A DNA stretch of 64,000 nt. Source: Deltaproteobacteria bacterium. GTDB lineage: Bacteria; Desulfobacterota; G020345765. A model generated the notes under the pieces. It was not told the DNA's origin, searched no databases, and worked only from the letters and a program-made list of their open reading frames with translations. Below, in pieces: positions 1 to 10,407 of this stretch (position 1 is its first letter; each line of letters opens with the position of its first letter). The translations under genes were made by a program, and so were the position numbers. Where the stretch lies: NCBI GenBank assembly GCA_020345765.1, contig CP070770.1:2868612-2932611 (forward strand), in the 5' to 3' direction.

Positions 1-934
1 CCAGGCGGGACATATGGACGGGCATTGCGTCATTAACCCTACGGGCCAGGGCGATCAGGTCGGTTTCCGTATTCTCCAGGCCGTATTCGGACAGCCCGTA
101 ACGCAAAAGCCAGGTGTCCTTGGGCAGGCAGTGTCCTCCCACCCCGGCCCCGGGCAGGTGCATATGGCGATCGTGGCGGGAATTGATGATCTCCCGGAGT
201 TTGAAGACATCCACTCCCATATTCTCGCAGACCAGGGCCATCTCGTTGGAAAAGGCGATATTTACATCCCGGTAGGCATTCTCCACGGTCTTGGCTAACT
301 CGGCGGTGAGGCATCCGGTAGGGGTAATTTCCGCTTTCACGATACGGCGGTAGAGCCCAACTGCCAACTCGGTGCTTTTCTCATCGATACCTCCCACCAC
401 CCGGGGCATGTTGACGATATATTCGATGAGCTTCCCGGGCATCACCCGCTCATAGGAGAAGGCGAGATGGAAGTCATTTCCGACCTTGAGCCCGGAATTC
501 TCCTCCAGGATGGGGCGGACGATGTTTTGCGTGGTTCCCGGGGCAACCGTGGATTCGATTATCACCAAGGCACCCTTTTTCATGTGTTCGCCCACTCCGG
601 CGGAGGTCTGGCGAAGCGAGATATATTGGGGGATGCGATTTTCATCGGTAGGGGTCTGCACATCGATGAGGATGGTATCGGCCTCCCGGCAAACCGAGAT
701 ATCGTCGGTAACCCGGAAGTTCCCTTTCTTTACCACCCGGGAAATGAGTTCACTTAAACCGGGCTCTTCCCCCTCGAAGGGATTCTTACCGCTGTTTAAA
801 CACTCGATCTTCCAGCCGGAGCGCTCCGAACGGCGCTGCACCCCAGTAACATCAAAGCCTTCCACATCGGCCAGGAGAACGGCACAGGGGATACCCACAT
901 AGCCCATCCCGATTACTACGATTTTCTTTTCCAT
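1..934 (-). CDS. nucleotide-sugar dehydrogenase (UDP-ManNAc/UDP-Glc dehydrogenase family), 3' end cut by window edge
   Basis: Absent from the ORF track because it runs off the window. The reverse complement from the ATG at 934-932 reads MEKKIVVIGMGYVGIPCAVLLADVEGFDVTGVQRRSERSGWKIECLNSGKNPFEGEEPGL... This is the Rossmann GxGYVG N-terminus typical of the family. The frame stays open to position 1. Confidence 0.8.
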   Translation of the reverse strand, partial: MEKKIVVIGMGYVGIPCAVLLADVEGFDVTGVQRRSERSGWKIECLNSGKNPFEGEEPGLSELISRVVKKGNFRVTDDISVCREADTILIDVQTPTDENRIPQYISLRQTSAGVGEHMKKGALVIIESTVAPGTTQNIVRPILEENSGLKVGNDFHLAFSYERVMPGKLIEYIVNMPRVVGGIDEKSTELAVGLYRRIVKAEITPTGCLTAELAKTVENAYRDVNIAFSNEMALVCENMGVDVFKLREIINSRHDRHMHLPGAGVGGHCLPKDTWLLRYGLSEYGLENTETDLIALARRVNDAMPVHMSRL

Positions 935-1080
935 TTAGAGATCCTCACTTCCTTGTAACAATTCGCTTTTTCTCTATTATAGCCTTTTCTTTTGTCCCTG
1001 TCTAATTTTAGGCACAATACCTGTTTTCTTTGTCGGCTGTGCTTCCTTCGCATATCTTTCGCCTTTAAGAGCATGGACAA

Positions 1081-1109
1081 TTGAAAAATCCTTCCCGCGC
1101 TGTTATATT
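1081..1109 (+). promoter_or_regulatory. sigma-70-like promoter (TTGAAA-N17-TATATT)
   Basis: The -35 TTGAAA is at 1081-1086, followed by a 17-nt spacer and the -10 TATATT at 1104-1109. It lies about 38 nt upstream of the small-ORF start. Confidence 0.5.
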
Positions 1110-1146
1110 AGGAAATACCAAAGAATAACCAAAGGAGGTAAAACTA

Positions 1147-1308
1147 ATGAGAGAGGTAAGTTGCCCGATATGTCATGCCAGTATCCTCCTGGATACGGAG
1201 GACAAGAAGGGAGATACCGTTTACTGCACCTATTGCGGCTCCCCGCTTAAATTGGCCGTTAAAGAGGTAGATGATGAAGAGGAGTTTATCGCGGAAGAAG
1301 AGGATTAA
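1147..1308 (+). CDS. 53-aa zinc-ribbon protein with acidic C-terminal tail (LysW/amino-group-carrier-like)
   Basis: ATG at 1147 is preceded by AAGGAGG (GGAGG at 1134-1138). Translation is MREVSCPICHASILLDTEDKKGDTVYCTYCGSPLKLAVKEVDDEEEFIAEEED, with stop TAA at 1306-1308. It carries two CxxC pairs and an acidic tail. It is below the ORF-track length cutoff. Confidence 0.6.
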   Translation: MREVSCPICHASILLDTEDKKGDTVYCTYCGSPLKLAVKEVDDEEEFIAEEED

Positions 1309-1317
1309 AGATACGAG

Positions 1318-3597
1318 ATGAAACCATCCCGGTATGTCTTTACCCTCCTGGGCTTTATCTCCATCATCAGCCAGATAATCCTGATGCGCCGGCTGATGGT
1401 GATCTTTTCCGGCAACGAGCTCAGCGTGGGGGTTGTCCTTGCCAGTTGGATGCTCTGGACCGGGGTGGGAAGCATCCTCTTTAGCCGGCTGACCGAGGGC
1501 CTGGAAAGGGTACACCTTGTCCTCGCACTTACCTTGATAGGCATGGTTATCCTCCTCCCGCTGACCCTTCTTTTTACCTTCTGCATCAAGCCGATTCTGG
1601 GAATACCGCTTTCACAGATAGTAGATCTTCCAACGATCGTTATCTCCACCACCATTGTCCTGAGTCCCCTGTGTATCCTCTTGGGTTTCTCCTTTGTCCT
1701 CTGCTGCCGCCTGTTTTCCGGAGAGAGCTCATTAAATATTGGCCGGGTATATCTCTGGGAGGCGCTGGGCTCGGCCCTGGGGGGACTGAGCTTTAACTGG
1801 GTGGCCATCCCTCTGCTTTCTCCCTTTCAATCTGTGCTTATCCTCGATCTGATCATCTCGATAACGATCTGGTGGCTGCTTAAGCAGGGATTCAGGACTG
1901 AGGGGGCGAGACTGGTCCGGCGGGCAGTAGTGTGGTTGCCTCTTGCCCTGGCCGGGGCTTCCCTCATCTTGCTGGTTCTGCCCCAGCAGGTCTTGGACCT
2001 CGATCTTATTGCCCAGAATATCCGCTGGCGCGGCTTCAATCCGATCTATACTACCGAATCTCGCTATGGAAGCATCACCTTGAGCCGCACGGGCGGAGAA
2101 TATACCCTTTTTTATAACGGGTTTCCCGTCTTTACCTATCCCGATCCGATGCACGCGGAGGAGATTGCCCACCTGGCGATGCTGGAGCATCCCCGCCCAC
2201 GGGAGGTTCTCCTGGTGGGAGGGGGGCTTAATGGGGTGGTGGATGAGCTGCTGAAGTATCCCCTCACCCGACTCGACTATGTTCAGTTGGATCCGGAGAT
2301 AAACGAGATAGAGAAGGAAAAGATACCTCATACCCGGGAACTTCTCCGGGACAAACGGATACAGATATTCAATCTCGACGGCCGTTATTTCATTAACCAT
2401 CGGCCGCCCGGGAGCTATGATCTGGTTATTATCAACCTCTCCGGACCCGATACCGCCCAGCTGAACCGCTTCTATAGCCTTGAATTCTTTGAAGAGGTAA
2501 AGACGATTCTAAAAGAGGGAGGCGTCCTCGTTACCAGCGCCGGTGAGCCCGCTAATTATATCAGCGACGCCCAAGCCCGCTTCTTGGCCTGCATCTATGA
2601 AACACTAAGAAAGACTGTGGAGGAAGCAGTTATCCTTCCCCTGAGCCGAAACTACCTGATTGCCGCCGAGGCAAAGGGATACCTTACTTCTGACTATCAG
2701 CAGGTCGTCGAGCGCCTTCACACGAGGGGCATTAAAACCAGGTTTTTCCGGGATTACTATCTCCGCTACAACCTTGCTCCCGAAAGGATTAATTACACCC
2801 GCAAACGGGTAGAATCGGAACTGGGCAGGGGCTTTACCCTTAATCAGGACCTTAAGCCGATAGCTTACCTATACAATACCCTGCATTGGGAAACTTATTT
2901 TAATCTTGAGTGGGCCAAGCTCCTTAAGTGGCTTGACCGGATAAAGTTCCATCACTGTCTGGCTGCCCTGATTCTCTTGGTCCTTCCGGTTCTTATCTGG
3001 CTCAGGAACCGGCCGGGGAGAGGGATGATCGGGGTGATCTCTGCTATTGGTGTGATGGGCTTTGTCAGTATCAGCGCCGAGATCGTTATCCTGCTCAGCT
3101 TCCAGATATTTTACGGCTATATGTTCTATCAATTGGGATTGGTCATTACTGCCTTTATGGTGGGATTGAGTCTCGGGGCAATTCTGGCCCGGAGATTTTT
3201 AGACAGGGGGGTTGATTCCTCCCGGGCATTCCTTGTTCTACTTTTTTTTCTTGCCCTATATCCCCTGCTGTTATGGGCAGTCCTAAGCCTTCCCTTAAGC
3301 AAATTAGCGGAATTCCCGGCTACCTTGGTTTTTATGCTTCTGACTCTGATGGGGGCGGTGATCTGCGGGTTAATCTTCCAGTTGGGGGCGGATATATTCA
3401 TCCGGAAGGGCGGAGGGGTGGGTTTTTCCGCGGGGTGGGTCAACGGTGCTGATCATCTTGGAGCGGCATCCGGGGCTCTTCTTACCAGCGCGTTCTTAAT
3501 CCCGATCTTCGGCTTGCCAAGCACCCTTGTTTTTATAACAATCTTAGTATTCCTATCCATAGTGGTATTCTTATTTGATAAGGGATTAGCCAGATAA
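1318..3597 (+). CDS. fused polytopic membrane / spermidine-synthase-like (polyamine aminopropyltransferase family) protein
   Basis: 759-aa ORF. Hydrophobic N- and C-terminal blocks flank a class-I methyltransferase-fold core (VLLVGGGLNGVVDELLKYP...DLVIINLSGPDTAQLNRFYSLEFFEEVKTILKEGGVLV) typical of SpeE-like fusions. Confidence 0.8.
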   Translation: MKPSRYVFTLLGFISIISQIILMRRLMVIFSGNELSVGVVLASWMLWTGVGSILFSRLTEGLERVHLVLALTLIGMVILLPLTLLFTFCIKPILGIPLSQIVDLPTIVISTTIVLSPLCILLGFSFVLCCRLFSGESSLNIGRVYLWEALGSALGGLSFNWVAIPLLSPFQSVLILDLIISITIWWLLKQGFRTEGARLVRRAVVWLPLALAGASLILLVLPQQVLDLDLIAQNIRWRGFNPIYTTESRYGSITLSRTGGEYTLFYNGFPVFTYPDPMHAEEIAHLAMLEHPRPREVLLVGGGLNGVVDELLKYPLTRLDYVQLDPEINEIEKEKIPHTRELLRDKRIQIFNLDGRYFINHRPPGSYDLVIINLSGPDTAQLNRFYSLEFFEEVKTILKEGGVLVTSAGEPANYISDAQARFLACIYETLRKTVEEAVILPLSRNYLIAAEAKGYLTSDYQQVVERLHTRGIKTRFFRDYYLRYNLAPERINYTRKRVESELGRGFTLNQDLKPIAYLYNTLHWETYFNLEWAKLLKWLDRIKFHHCLAALILLVLPVLIWLRNRPGRGMIGVISAIGVMGFVSISAEIVILLSFQIFYGYMFYQLGLVITAFMVGLSLGAILARRFLDRGVDSSRAFLVLLFFLALYPLLLWAVLSLPLSKLAEFPATLVFMLLTLMGAVICGLIFQLGADIFIRKGGGVGFSAGWVNGADHLGAASGALLTSAFLIPIFGLPSTLVFITILVFLSIVVFLFDKGLAR

Positions 3598-3604
3598 ATA
3601 ATGT

Positions 3605-3632
3605 TTGATTTTTGAAGGCTTAGAGGTATAAT
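3605..3632 (+). promoter_or_regulatory. sigma-70-like promoter (TTGATT-N16-TATAAT)
   Basis: TTGATT is at 3605-3610 and TATAAT at 3627-3632, about 40 nt upstream of the sigma-factor start codon. Confidence 0.45.
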
Positions 3633-3672
3633 CAATTAAGACTGGATTTTATTCCGAATTAAGGTTATCAAG

Positions 3673-4524
3673 ATGTCGGGTAAGAAAAAGGATTCACTGG
3701 TAGTAACTGATCCTCTCCAGAGATATCTACAGGAAGTAAGCCGCTTCCCACTCCTTTCCCGGGAAGAGGAGAATGAACTGGTGAAGAGACTCCGGGAGCA
3801 GGAAGATATCGAGGCGGCGAAAAAACTGGTAACCTCCAATCTCCGTTTGGTTGTTAAGATTGCAATGGAATATCGCACAACCTATCATAACATTCTTGAT
3901 CTTATTCAGGAGGGGAATATCGGTCTGATGAAGGCCGTGAGTAAATACGACCCGGATAAAGGCACCCGATTGTCATACTATGCTTCCTGGTGGATCCGGG
4001 CCTATATCCTTAAGTATATTCTGGATAATTTCAGGTTGATTAAGATCGGAACTACCCAGGTGCAGAGGAAGTTGTTCTACAACCTGATGAAGGAAAAGAA
4101 AAAGATCGAGGCGATGGGTTGTTATCCCGATCGCAAACTTCTGGCAGAGAGCTTAGGGGTTAAAGAGGAGGAAGTGGATGAAATGAGCTTAAGGCTCGGC
4201 AGCAGTGAGTTCTCTTTGGACCAGCCGGATGATCGTTACTCAGGAGGTATTCAACTGGAATTCCTCCAGAATCATGAAGCCCCCCCTGATGAGAAGCTCT
4301 CCGATGCCGAGTTTAAGGACATTTTGTTTGAAAGGTTTGATGAGTTCTCAAAGACCCTCGATGAACGTGAGTTGAGCATATTCAAGGAGCGGCTATTGGC
4401 AGAGGTTCCGGTAACTCTCCAGGAGATTGCTGATAGATACGGAATCAGTAAGGAATGGGCACGCCAACTCGAAGACAGGATTATCAAGAAACTCCGGACT
4501 TTCCTCCAAGGAGAGTTAGAGTAG
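3673..4524 (+). CDS. rpoH: RNA polymerase sigma factor, RpoH (sigma-32)-like
   Basis: 283 aa. It has sigma-70 region 2 (NLRLVVKIAMEYR, DLIQEGNIGLMKAVSKYD), an RpoH-box-like QVQRKLFYNLMK, and a region 4 HTH (TLQEIADRYGISKEWARQLE). Confidence 0.8.
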   Translation: MSGKKKDSLVVTDPLQRYLQEVSRFPLLSREEENELVKRLREQEDIEAAKKLVTSNLRLVVKIAMEYRTTYHNILDLIQEGNIGLMKAVSKYDPDKGTRLSYYASWWIRAYILKYILDNFRLIKIGTTQVQRKLFYNLMKEKKKIEAMGCYPDRKLLAESLGVKEEEVDEMSLRLGSSEFSLDQPDDRYSGGIQLEFLQNHEAPPDEKLSDAEFKDILFERFDEFSKTLDERELSIFKERLLAEVPVTLQEIADRYGISKEWARQLEDRIIKKLRTFLQGELE

Positions 4525-4526
4525 GT

Positions 4527-5387
4527 CTAACTGCTCCGTTTTCCCCCTCCTCTTTTTTTCTTCTCCGATTCTTCCTTGGCAGTCTTCTTTACTCCTTCCG
4601 GCTTCAGGGCCTTCTTGTAAAGATAGAAGAACAAATAAAGGGAGACGATCGCAACCAGGATGCTGGTGAACTGGGAGGTGGAAAGGGAAAAACCGGTAAA
4701 ATAGGGAAGGCTTCCTGGGGGGATGATGTAATCCCACTGTTTTCGGAAGACCGCGATAATTGAGCGGGTTACAGCGTAGAGGAAGAAGAAGCTGATCGTA
4801 ATCTGGCCATCGAATTTTTTAAACCTGCGCATAACCAAAAGGATCAAGAACAGTAATAACCCGTTCAGGGAGGAGTAGAGCTGGGTGGGATGCAAAGAAA
4901 CGTTTAGGGTTGCCAGGCTTGCCGGATTCTTGAAGGTTACCGCCCAGGGAAAATCAGTTGGTTTTCCGTAGCAGCAACCAGCGAGGAAACAACCAAGCCT
5001 TCCGAAGAACAGCCCCAGGGCGATTCCGGGAGATACGATATCGCTTACCTTCCAGGGATTGAGCTTATGCCGGCGCATGAAAACGGCGGCAGCGATAACC
5101 GAGAGGACGACGCCTCCGTAAAAGATCAGTCCACCCCTCCAGATCTTTATGACTTCAGCCGGGTATTTGATATATTCCTTGATATTAAGCAGGATGAACA
5201 TCAACCGCGACCCTACGATGGCGGCGATCAAGATCCAGAAGCAGAGATCCAGAACCTTCTCTGGATCCTCACCGACCCTCCGGGCCTCGCGCAGGGCAAA
5301 GCTGATACCCGCCAGGAAGCCCAGGGCTACGAAGACCCCGTAGGAATATAGGGTAAAATCCGCAATCTTAAACAGTATTGGATACAT
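4527..5387 (-). CDS. lgt: prolipoprotein diacylglyceryl transferase
   Basis: 286 aa. N-terminus MYPILFKIADFTLYSYGVFVALGFLAG, with polytopic Lgt-like motifs (GGLIFYGG, GRLGCFLAGCCYGKPT). It has a Lys-rich C-terminal tail. Confidence 0.9.
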   Translation of the reverse strand: MYPILFKIADFTLYSYGVFVALGFLAGISFALREARRVGEDPEKVLDLCFWILIAAIVGSRLMFILLNIKEYIKYPAEVIKIWRGGLIFYGGVVLSVIAAAVFMRRHKLNPWKVSDIVSPGIALGLFFGRLGCFLAGCCYGKPTDFPWAVTFKNPASLATLNVSLHPTQLYSSLNGLLLFLILLVMRRFKKFDGQITISFFFLYAVTRSIIAVFRKQWDYIIPPGSLPYFTGFSLSTSQFTSILVAIVSLYLFFYLYKKALKPEGVKKTAKEESEKKKRGGGKRSS

Positions 5388-5396
5388 TAAACTCTT

Positions 5397-5948
5397 TTAT
5401 CCTTCGCTAAGCCCTTGAGGATCTTCGTCTGAATGGGACGAAATTTGGTCACTACCACTGTCTCGTTCTTCTTTATAACCGGTTATTATCTCCAGTAAGA
5501 GTAGGATAACCCCAACTGTTATTGCCGTATCCGCGATATTGAAGGCGGGCCAGTGATAATAATCATACCAGTGAATATCCAAAAAATCAATTACGTATCC
5601 CAGACGGATCCGGTCAATGAAGTTGCCGAGTGCCCCTCCCAGGATCAGGGAGAAGGAAAAGCTCAGGAGGCGTTGGCGATCTTCGAGCTTGATAAAGAAG
5701 GAAAGGATCATCAGTATTGCTAGGATGGATATACTTATGAACAGCGGCCCCCGGAGTTCGGAGCTCAGGTTAGAGAACAGGCCGAAGGCAGCCCCAATGT
5801 TTCTAATATAGTTAATCTGAAAGAAGTTATTGAGGATCGCCACCGGCCGGTGGGGGAGAAAATGGCTGTCGATGTAATATTTACTAAACTGATCAATCAG
5901 GAGAATTACCGGAGCAACTCCAGTTAGGATGAGATATTTCTTTTTCAT
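5397..5948 (-). CDS. lspA: lipoprotein signal peptidase II
   Basis: 183 aa. LspA motifs are present (NxGAAFG as NIGAAFGLF; [11 protein letters not shown]). It overlaps the ileS stop by 4 nt, the classic ileS-lspA arrangement. Confidence 0.9.
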   Translation of the reverse strand: MKKKYLILTGVAPVILLIDQFSKYYIDSHFLPHRPVAILNNFFQINYIRNIGAAFGLFSNLSSELRGPLFISISILAILMILSFFIKLEDRQRLLSFSFSLILGGALGNFIDRIRLGYVIDFLDIHWYDYYHWPAFNIADTAITVGVILLLLEIITGYKEERDSGSDQISSHSDEDPQGLSEG

Positions 5949-8728
5949 TTGGTCTTAAGCACCCGGAGGCACCTTTCACAAATAAGGGGATGATCCTTGT
6001 CGGTGCCTACCGAGGAGGAATAGTTCCAGCAGCGCTCACATTTCTGGCCCTCGGCGGGGAGAACCTGGATCTTTAGCCCTTCGATTTCCTGGCTTACATA
6101 TCCTTCCTTGTCGGAATCATCCGCAAGAGTTACCTGAGAGACAATGAACAAGGCCGGTAGTTCCTGAAGATACTCTTTCAGAAAGGGAAGGAGCTTCTTG
6201 GGGGATTGGATATTTATCTTAGCTTCAAGCGAGGAACCAATGAGCTTTTGCTGACGGGCCTGCTCCAGTGCCTTGAGTGCTTCGTTACGAACCTGGAGTA
6301 GTCGCTCCCATCTCTCGGTCAGATGATCGTCGAGGTGATCCTTTCTTGCTTCGGGGAATCCGGCTCCATGAACACTCTCCTCCTGGATTCCGGGGAGGTA
6401 GCTCCAGACATCCTCGGCAGTAAAGGAGAGGATAGGAGCAAGCAGCTTTGCCAAAGCCAGGGCAATCTCCCGGATGACGGTCTGGGCGGAGCGCCGTGCG
6501 GGAGAGCTGGCCGGGAAGGTATAAAGCCGATCCTTAAGGATATCCAGATAAAACGAGCTCAGGTCAACTACGCAGAAGTTATGCAGGGAGTGGTAGATAA
6601 CGTGGAATTCAAACTCGTCATATGCCTGGCGCACCCGGGTAATAAGCCGGTTCAATCGATAGAGAAGGAACCGGTCGATCTCGAGGAGTTCCTGGTAATC
6701 TACGCTGTCCTTCTCCGGATCGAAATCATAAAGGTTACCGAGGAGGAAGCGGAAAGTATTGCGGATCCGGCGATAGGCTTCCGTCAGCCGCTTAAGGATT
6801 TCCACTGAAAGCCGGATATCCTCGCGGTAGTCCTCGGCCGCTACCCAGAGACGAAGAAGGTCGGCCCCGTATTTATTGATTATCTCCTCCGGAGGGATAA
6901 AATTCCCCTTGGACTTGGACATCTTCTCTCCCTTGCCATCAACAACAAAGCCGTGGGTAAGGACTATCCGGAAGGGGGGAGTCCCCCGGGTTCCCACCGA
7001 GGCCAGAAGGGAGCTTTGAAACCAGCCCCGGTGTTGGTCGCTTCCCTCCAGATATAGATCCGCCGGCCAGTAAAGGGAATCGTTCGTCTCGAGGACGGCG
7101 GCATGGCTTACTCCGGATTCGAACCAGACATCAAGGATGTCCTCTTCCTTTTTAAAATCCTTTCCGCCACATTGGGAACACTTGGCATTTTTGAGGAGAA
7201 GCTCGGATACGGGAAGGGAAAACCAGCTGTCCGCTCCTTCCTTCTCGAAGCGCCGGGCAATATTGTCGATAGTGTCCTTATCCCCCAGGACGGAACTACA
7301 GGCGGAGCAGTAGAAGACCGTTATCGGAACCCCCCAGGAGCGCTGACGGGAGATGCACCAGTCAGGCCGGCTTTCCACCATGCCGTAGATCCTCTCTCTA
7401 CCCCAGCGGGGCACCCACTCCACCTCATCGATGCCTTTCAGGGCCTGATTGCGTAGCTCGTTGTGGTTCATCGAGATAAACCACTGTTCGGTAGCTCGAA
7501 ATATCACCGGTTCTTTGCATCTCCAGCAGTGAGGATAGGAATGCTCGATCATATCCTCCTTTAATAGGGCTCCGATTTCCTTTAGTTTCCGGTTAATTAG
7601 GCTATTTGCCTCAAATACATTAATACCCGGAAAGGGGATTGCCTCCTTGACGAACCGTCCCTCATCGTCCACCGGGGAATAGACCTCCAGACCGTATTTC
7701 AGGCCGATCTCGTAGTCCTCATGGCCGTGGCCCGGGGCGATGTGGACGCAGCCGGTTCCGGCCTCCAGGGTGACCAGTTCCCCGGTTATGATCAGGGAAT
7801 CCCGTTCAATGAAGGGATGGCGACAGACGGTGCCATCGAGCTTCTGGCCGGGGAAGCTTTCCAGGGTTTGGTAAGTCTTGAGATTTAGCTCCATTACCAC
7901 CTGTCCAAGGAGCCCTTCGGCCACAATGAGGACCTCTCCTTCAACCTCAACTGCCATATAGGTGAACCGGGGATGAAGGGCAATGGCCAGGTTGGCCATC
8001 AGGGTCCAGGGAGTGGTCGTCCAGATGAGCACCGAGACCTTTTTCCCTTTCAGGGAGGGGAAAAGCTTGCTCAGGTCGGATACTACCGGAAACTTGACGT
8101 AGATCGATGGTGAACGGTGAGCCTCATACTCCACCTCGGCCTCGGCTAGGGCGGTTTGACAGGAGGTACACCAATATACCGGCTTCTTTCTTCGATAAAG
8201 GGAGCCCTTATCGGCAAACTTCGCCAGTTCCCGGACAATAGTTGCCTCGTACTCGTGGTTCATCGTCAGGTAAGGCTCCTGCCAGATGCCGAAGACACCC
8301 AAGCGCTTGAACTCTTCCTGCTGGATATTAATATATTTCCGGGCATACTGCCGGCATCTCTCCCGGAACTCCACCTTGCTCAGCCCTTTTTTCTTTTCGC
8401 CCAACTCTTTATCCACCTGGAGTTCAATGGGAAGGCCGTGGCAGTCCCAGCCGGGAACGTAGATGCTCAGGAGACCCGCCATATTCTTGGATTTGACTAT
8501 GATATCCTTAAGGATCTTATTCAATGCAGTTCCGTTATGGATGTGACCGTTGGCATAGGGCGGGCCGTCGTGGAGGAGAAAGCTCTTTTTGCCCTGATTG
8601 GCTTTCAGGATCTTTTCGTAAATCCTTTTCTCCTCCCATGATTTAAGGATCTCCGGCTCCCTTTCGGCAAGATTCGCCTTCATTGGAAAGCGGGTTTGGG
8701 GAAGATTCAATGTGTCCCGATAATCCAT
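5945..8728 (-). CDS. ileS: isoleucine--tRNA ligase
   Basis: 927 aa. It has a class-I HIGH motif ([12 protein letters not shown]), KMSKS ([10 protein letters not shown]) and a C-terminal Zn-finger (CERCWNY...CERC). Confidence 0.95.
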   Translation of the reverse strand: MDYRDTLNLPQTRFPMKANLAEREPEILKSWEEKRIYEKILKANQGKKSFLLHDGPPYANGHIHNGTALNKILKDIIVKSKNMAGLLSIYVPGWDCHGLPIELQVDKELGEKKKGLSKVEFRERCRQYARKYINIQQEEFKRLGVFGIWQEPYLTMNHEYEATIVRELAKFADKGSLYRRKKPVYWCTSCQTALAEAEVEYEAHRSPSIYVKFPVVSDLSKLFPSLKGKKVSVLIWTTTPWTLMANLAIALHPRFTYMAVEVEGEVLIVAEGLLGQVVMELNLKTYQTLESFPGQKLDGTVCRHPFIERDSLIITGELVTLEAGTGCVHIAPGHGHEDYEIGLKYGLEVYSPVDDEGRFVKEAIPFPGINVFEANSLINRKLKEIGALLKEDMIEHSYPHCWRCKEPVIFRATEQWFISMNHNELRNQALKGIDEVEWVPRWGRERIYGMVESRPDWCISRQRSWGVPITVFYCSACSSVLGDKDTIDNIARRFEKEGADSWFSLPVSELLLKNAKCSQCGGKDFKKEEDILDVWFESGVSHAAVLETNDSLYWPADLYLEGSDQHRGWFQSSLLASVGTRGTPPFRIVLTHGFVVDGKGEKMSKSKGNFIPPEEIINKYGADLLRLWVAAEDYREDIRLSVEILKRLTEAYRRIRNTFRFLLGNLYDFDPEKDSVDYQELLEIDRFLLYRLNRLITRVRQAYDEFEFHVIYHSLHNFCVVDLSSFYLDILKDRLYTFPASSPARRSAQTVIREIALALAKLLAPILSFTAEDVWSYLPGIQEESVHGAGFPEARKDHLDDHLTERWERLLQVRNEALKALEQARQQKLIGSSLEAKINIQSPKKLLPFLKEYLQELPALFIVSQVTLADDSDKEGYVSQEIEGLKIQVLPAEGQKCERCWNYSSSVGTDKDHPLICERCLRVLKTK

Positions 8729-8865
8729 GACTTACAAACCTTTATGCATGTTTTTGTGATTATCCAGTATTTCCGATAGTTTGTCAAGAATTTCAGCAGG
8801 TGGAGACTAGAGTTGAAATGATCAGATAAAGGTGGTATAGATGGGCTTGGAGGACTTGATAAACG

Positions 8866-10377
8866 ATGGATGATATTCTGCTCAAGGTAGAACTCCAAGG
8901 CCTAGGCGCCAAGGTGAAGGATCTGCCACCGGGTGTACGGCAAGGAGGGGCAGGACCGGCCGAAGGGACAGTCATTTCCTTTGGCGGCCGCCAAGCCAGC
9001 GTTCCCCTACATAGTCCCTTTGTGGCCCGATCCCCTTACTACCTAAAGAAGCAAACGGATCGATATTGGTTAAGTAGGGGCAGAAAAAAGATAAGGGAGA
9101 TACGGTTCCCCGAGACTCCGGTTTTTTACGGCAAACGGACATGGGATGGTGTTCCCTATTCCCAGATCGCACTGCTCCACGGTGAGGATTGTCTTGGATC
9201 AACCGTGGTTCAGTCCTGTATTTATCAGGAGGCAGGAAAAGGGTGCGGGTTCTGCGGGATAAACGAGTCACTGAAGAATAAAAAGACCATCGTCCGAAAG
9301 ACTCCCTCCCATCTGGCCGAGGTGGCGGCGGCAGCCGAATCGGAAGGGGTAAGGCATGCAGTGCTTACCAGTGGCTGCTGGGGTGACGACTCTTCGGTCA
9401 TTCACTACTTGGCCGAGTGCACCAGGGCGATCAAACAAAGAACCAGTCTTAAGGTACAAGCTCAATTTAACCCTCCGGCGAATCCGGAGCTGCTCAATGT
9501 GCTAAAGGATGCCGGGGTGGATACGGTAGGGATACATATCGAGTCCTTCGATTCCCCCGTACTTAAACAGGTCTCCCCGCATAAGGCCAGGGTGGGCCGG
9601 AAAGGCTACCGGCGTTGCTGGCAGGAGGCGGTAGGGATTTTCGGGAGGAATCAGGTGATAAGCTTCCTAATCGCCGGGTTGGGGGAGTCTAAACAATCCT
9701 TGATAAAGGGATGTGAGGAGTTGGCCAAATTGGGAGTATACCCGCATGTGGTCCCCTTGCGACCGATCCCCGGGACTAAAATGGCCAACCGCCGGCCCCC
9801 GGCTCCGGCAAGGATGAGGGGGATATACGAGAAGGCAGCTTTCGCAGTGAGGAATGCGGGTCTGTCCTGGAGGACGATTACGGCCGGTTGCGGGCGCTGC
9901 CCGGCCTGCTCGGCCCTAGGCGAGTTTGAGGATTATCTTGCCGAGAAAGAGGTTGCCTGCCAGATTGCCCGAACCGATGATGAACTCGATACCTGCTACC
10001 GGATCCGCCATCAGGTCTTTGTCGAGGAGCAGGGGATCTTCAAAGGCTCCGATCGGGATGAGATGGATGCGGAGGCGATTCATATCATTGCCAAGGCAGG
10101 AGATGTGGTGCAGGGCACGGTCAGACTCAATCGGAAGTATGACGGGCAGTGGTGGGGTAGCCGGCTGGCAGTAATCCCAAAGTACCGGGGGATAGCCGGG
10201 AGGTCTCTGGTACGCAAAGCCGAGGAGACAGTAAGGGAAAAAAAGGGAAAGGTGCTACGGGCCTATATCCAGGAGAACAGGGTTGATTTTTTTAAGCAAC
10301 TGGGGTGGAAGGATATTGGTGGTCCTACTCAGTACTGTGGGCTTCCCCATCAGCTCATGGAGGCTGATTTATATTAA
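8866..10377 (+). CDS. radical-SAM-like domain fused to a C-terminal GNAT acetyltransferase (MSMEG_0568/MSMEG_0567-like fusion)
   Basis: 503 aa. The N-terminal ~365 aa carry a Cys cluster QSCIYQEAGKGCGFCG and a TIM-barrel-like core. The C-terminal ~135 aa (nt ~9961-10374) have a GNAT signature (YRIRHQVFVEEQG...GRSLVRKAEE). The gene order with the next gene mirrors sll0785-sll0786-sll0787. Confidence 0.7.
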   Translation: MDDILLKVELQGLGAKVKDLPPGVRQGGAGPAEGTVISFGGRQASVPLHSPFVARSPYYLKKQTDRYWLSRGRKKIREIRFPETPVFYGKRTWDGVPYSQIALLHGEDCLGSTVVQSCIYQEAGKGCGFCGINESLKNKKTIVRKTPSHLAEVAAAAESEGVRHAVLTSGCWGDDSSVIHYLAECTRAIKQRTSLKVQAQFNPPANPELLNVLKDAGVDTVGIHIESFDSPVLKQVSPHKARVGRKGYRRCWQEAVGIFGRNQVISFLIAGLGESKQSLIKGCEELAKLGVYPHVVPLRPIPGTKMANRRPPAPARMRGIYEKAAFAVRNAGLSWRTITAGCGRCPACSALGEFEDYLAEKEVACQIARTDDELDTCYRIRHQVFVEEQGIFKGSDRDEMDAEAIHIIAKAGDVVQGTVRLNRKYDGQWWGSRLAVIPKYRGIAGRSLVRKAEETVREKKGKVLRAYIQENRVDFFKQLGWKDIGGPTQYCGLPHQLMEADLY

Positions 10378-10407
10378 AAGTCATGAAATAGTAATCAATA
10401 TCGAACA

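Noticed and set aside
1732-2400. 222-aa minus-strand ORF (with similar long antisense ORFs at 16668-17333, 28425-29237, 29960-30604, 41348-41923, 43433-44203, 44441-45040 and 61218-61763)
   Set aside because: Each lies wholly inside a well-supported gene on the other strand (the SpeE-like fusion, treT-like, D-aminoacylase, argF, argJ, secA, argG). None has a recognisable motif or RBS.
8729-8865. T-box leader upstream of ileS
   Set aside because: The intergenic region is only 137 nt. It lacks a specifier-loop/T-box (AGGGUGGNACCGCG-like) sequence and is too short for a T-box riboswitch.
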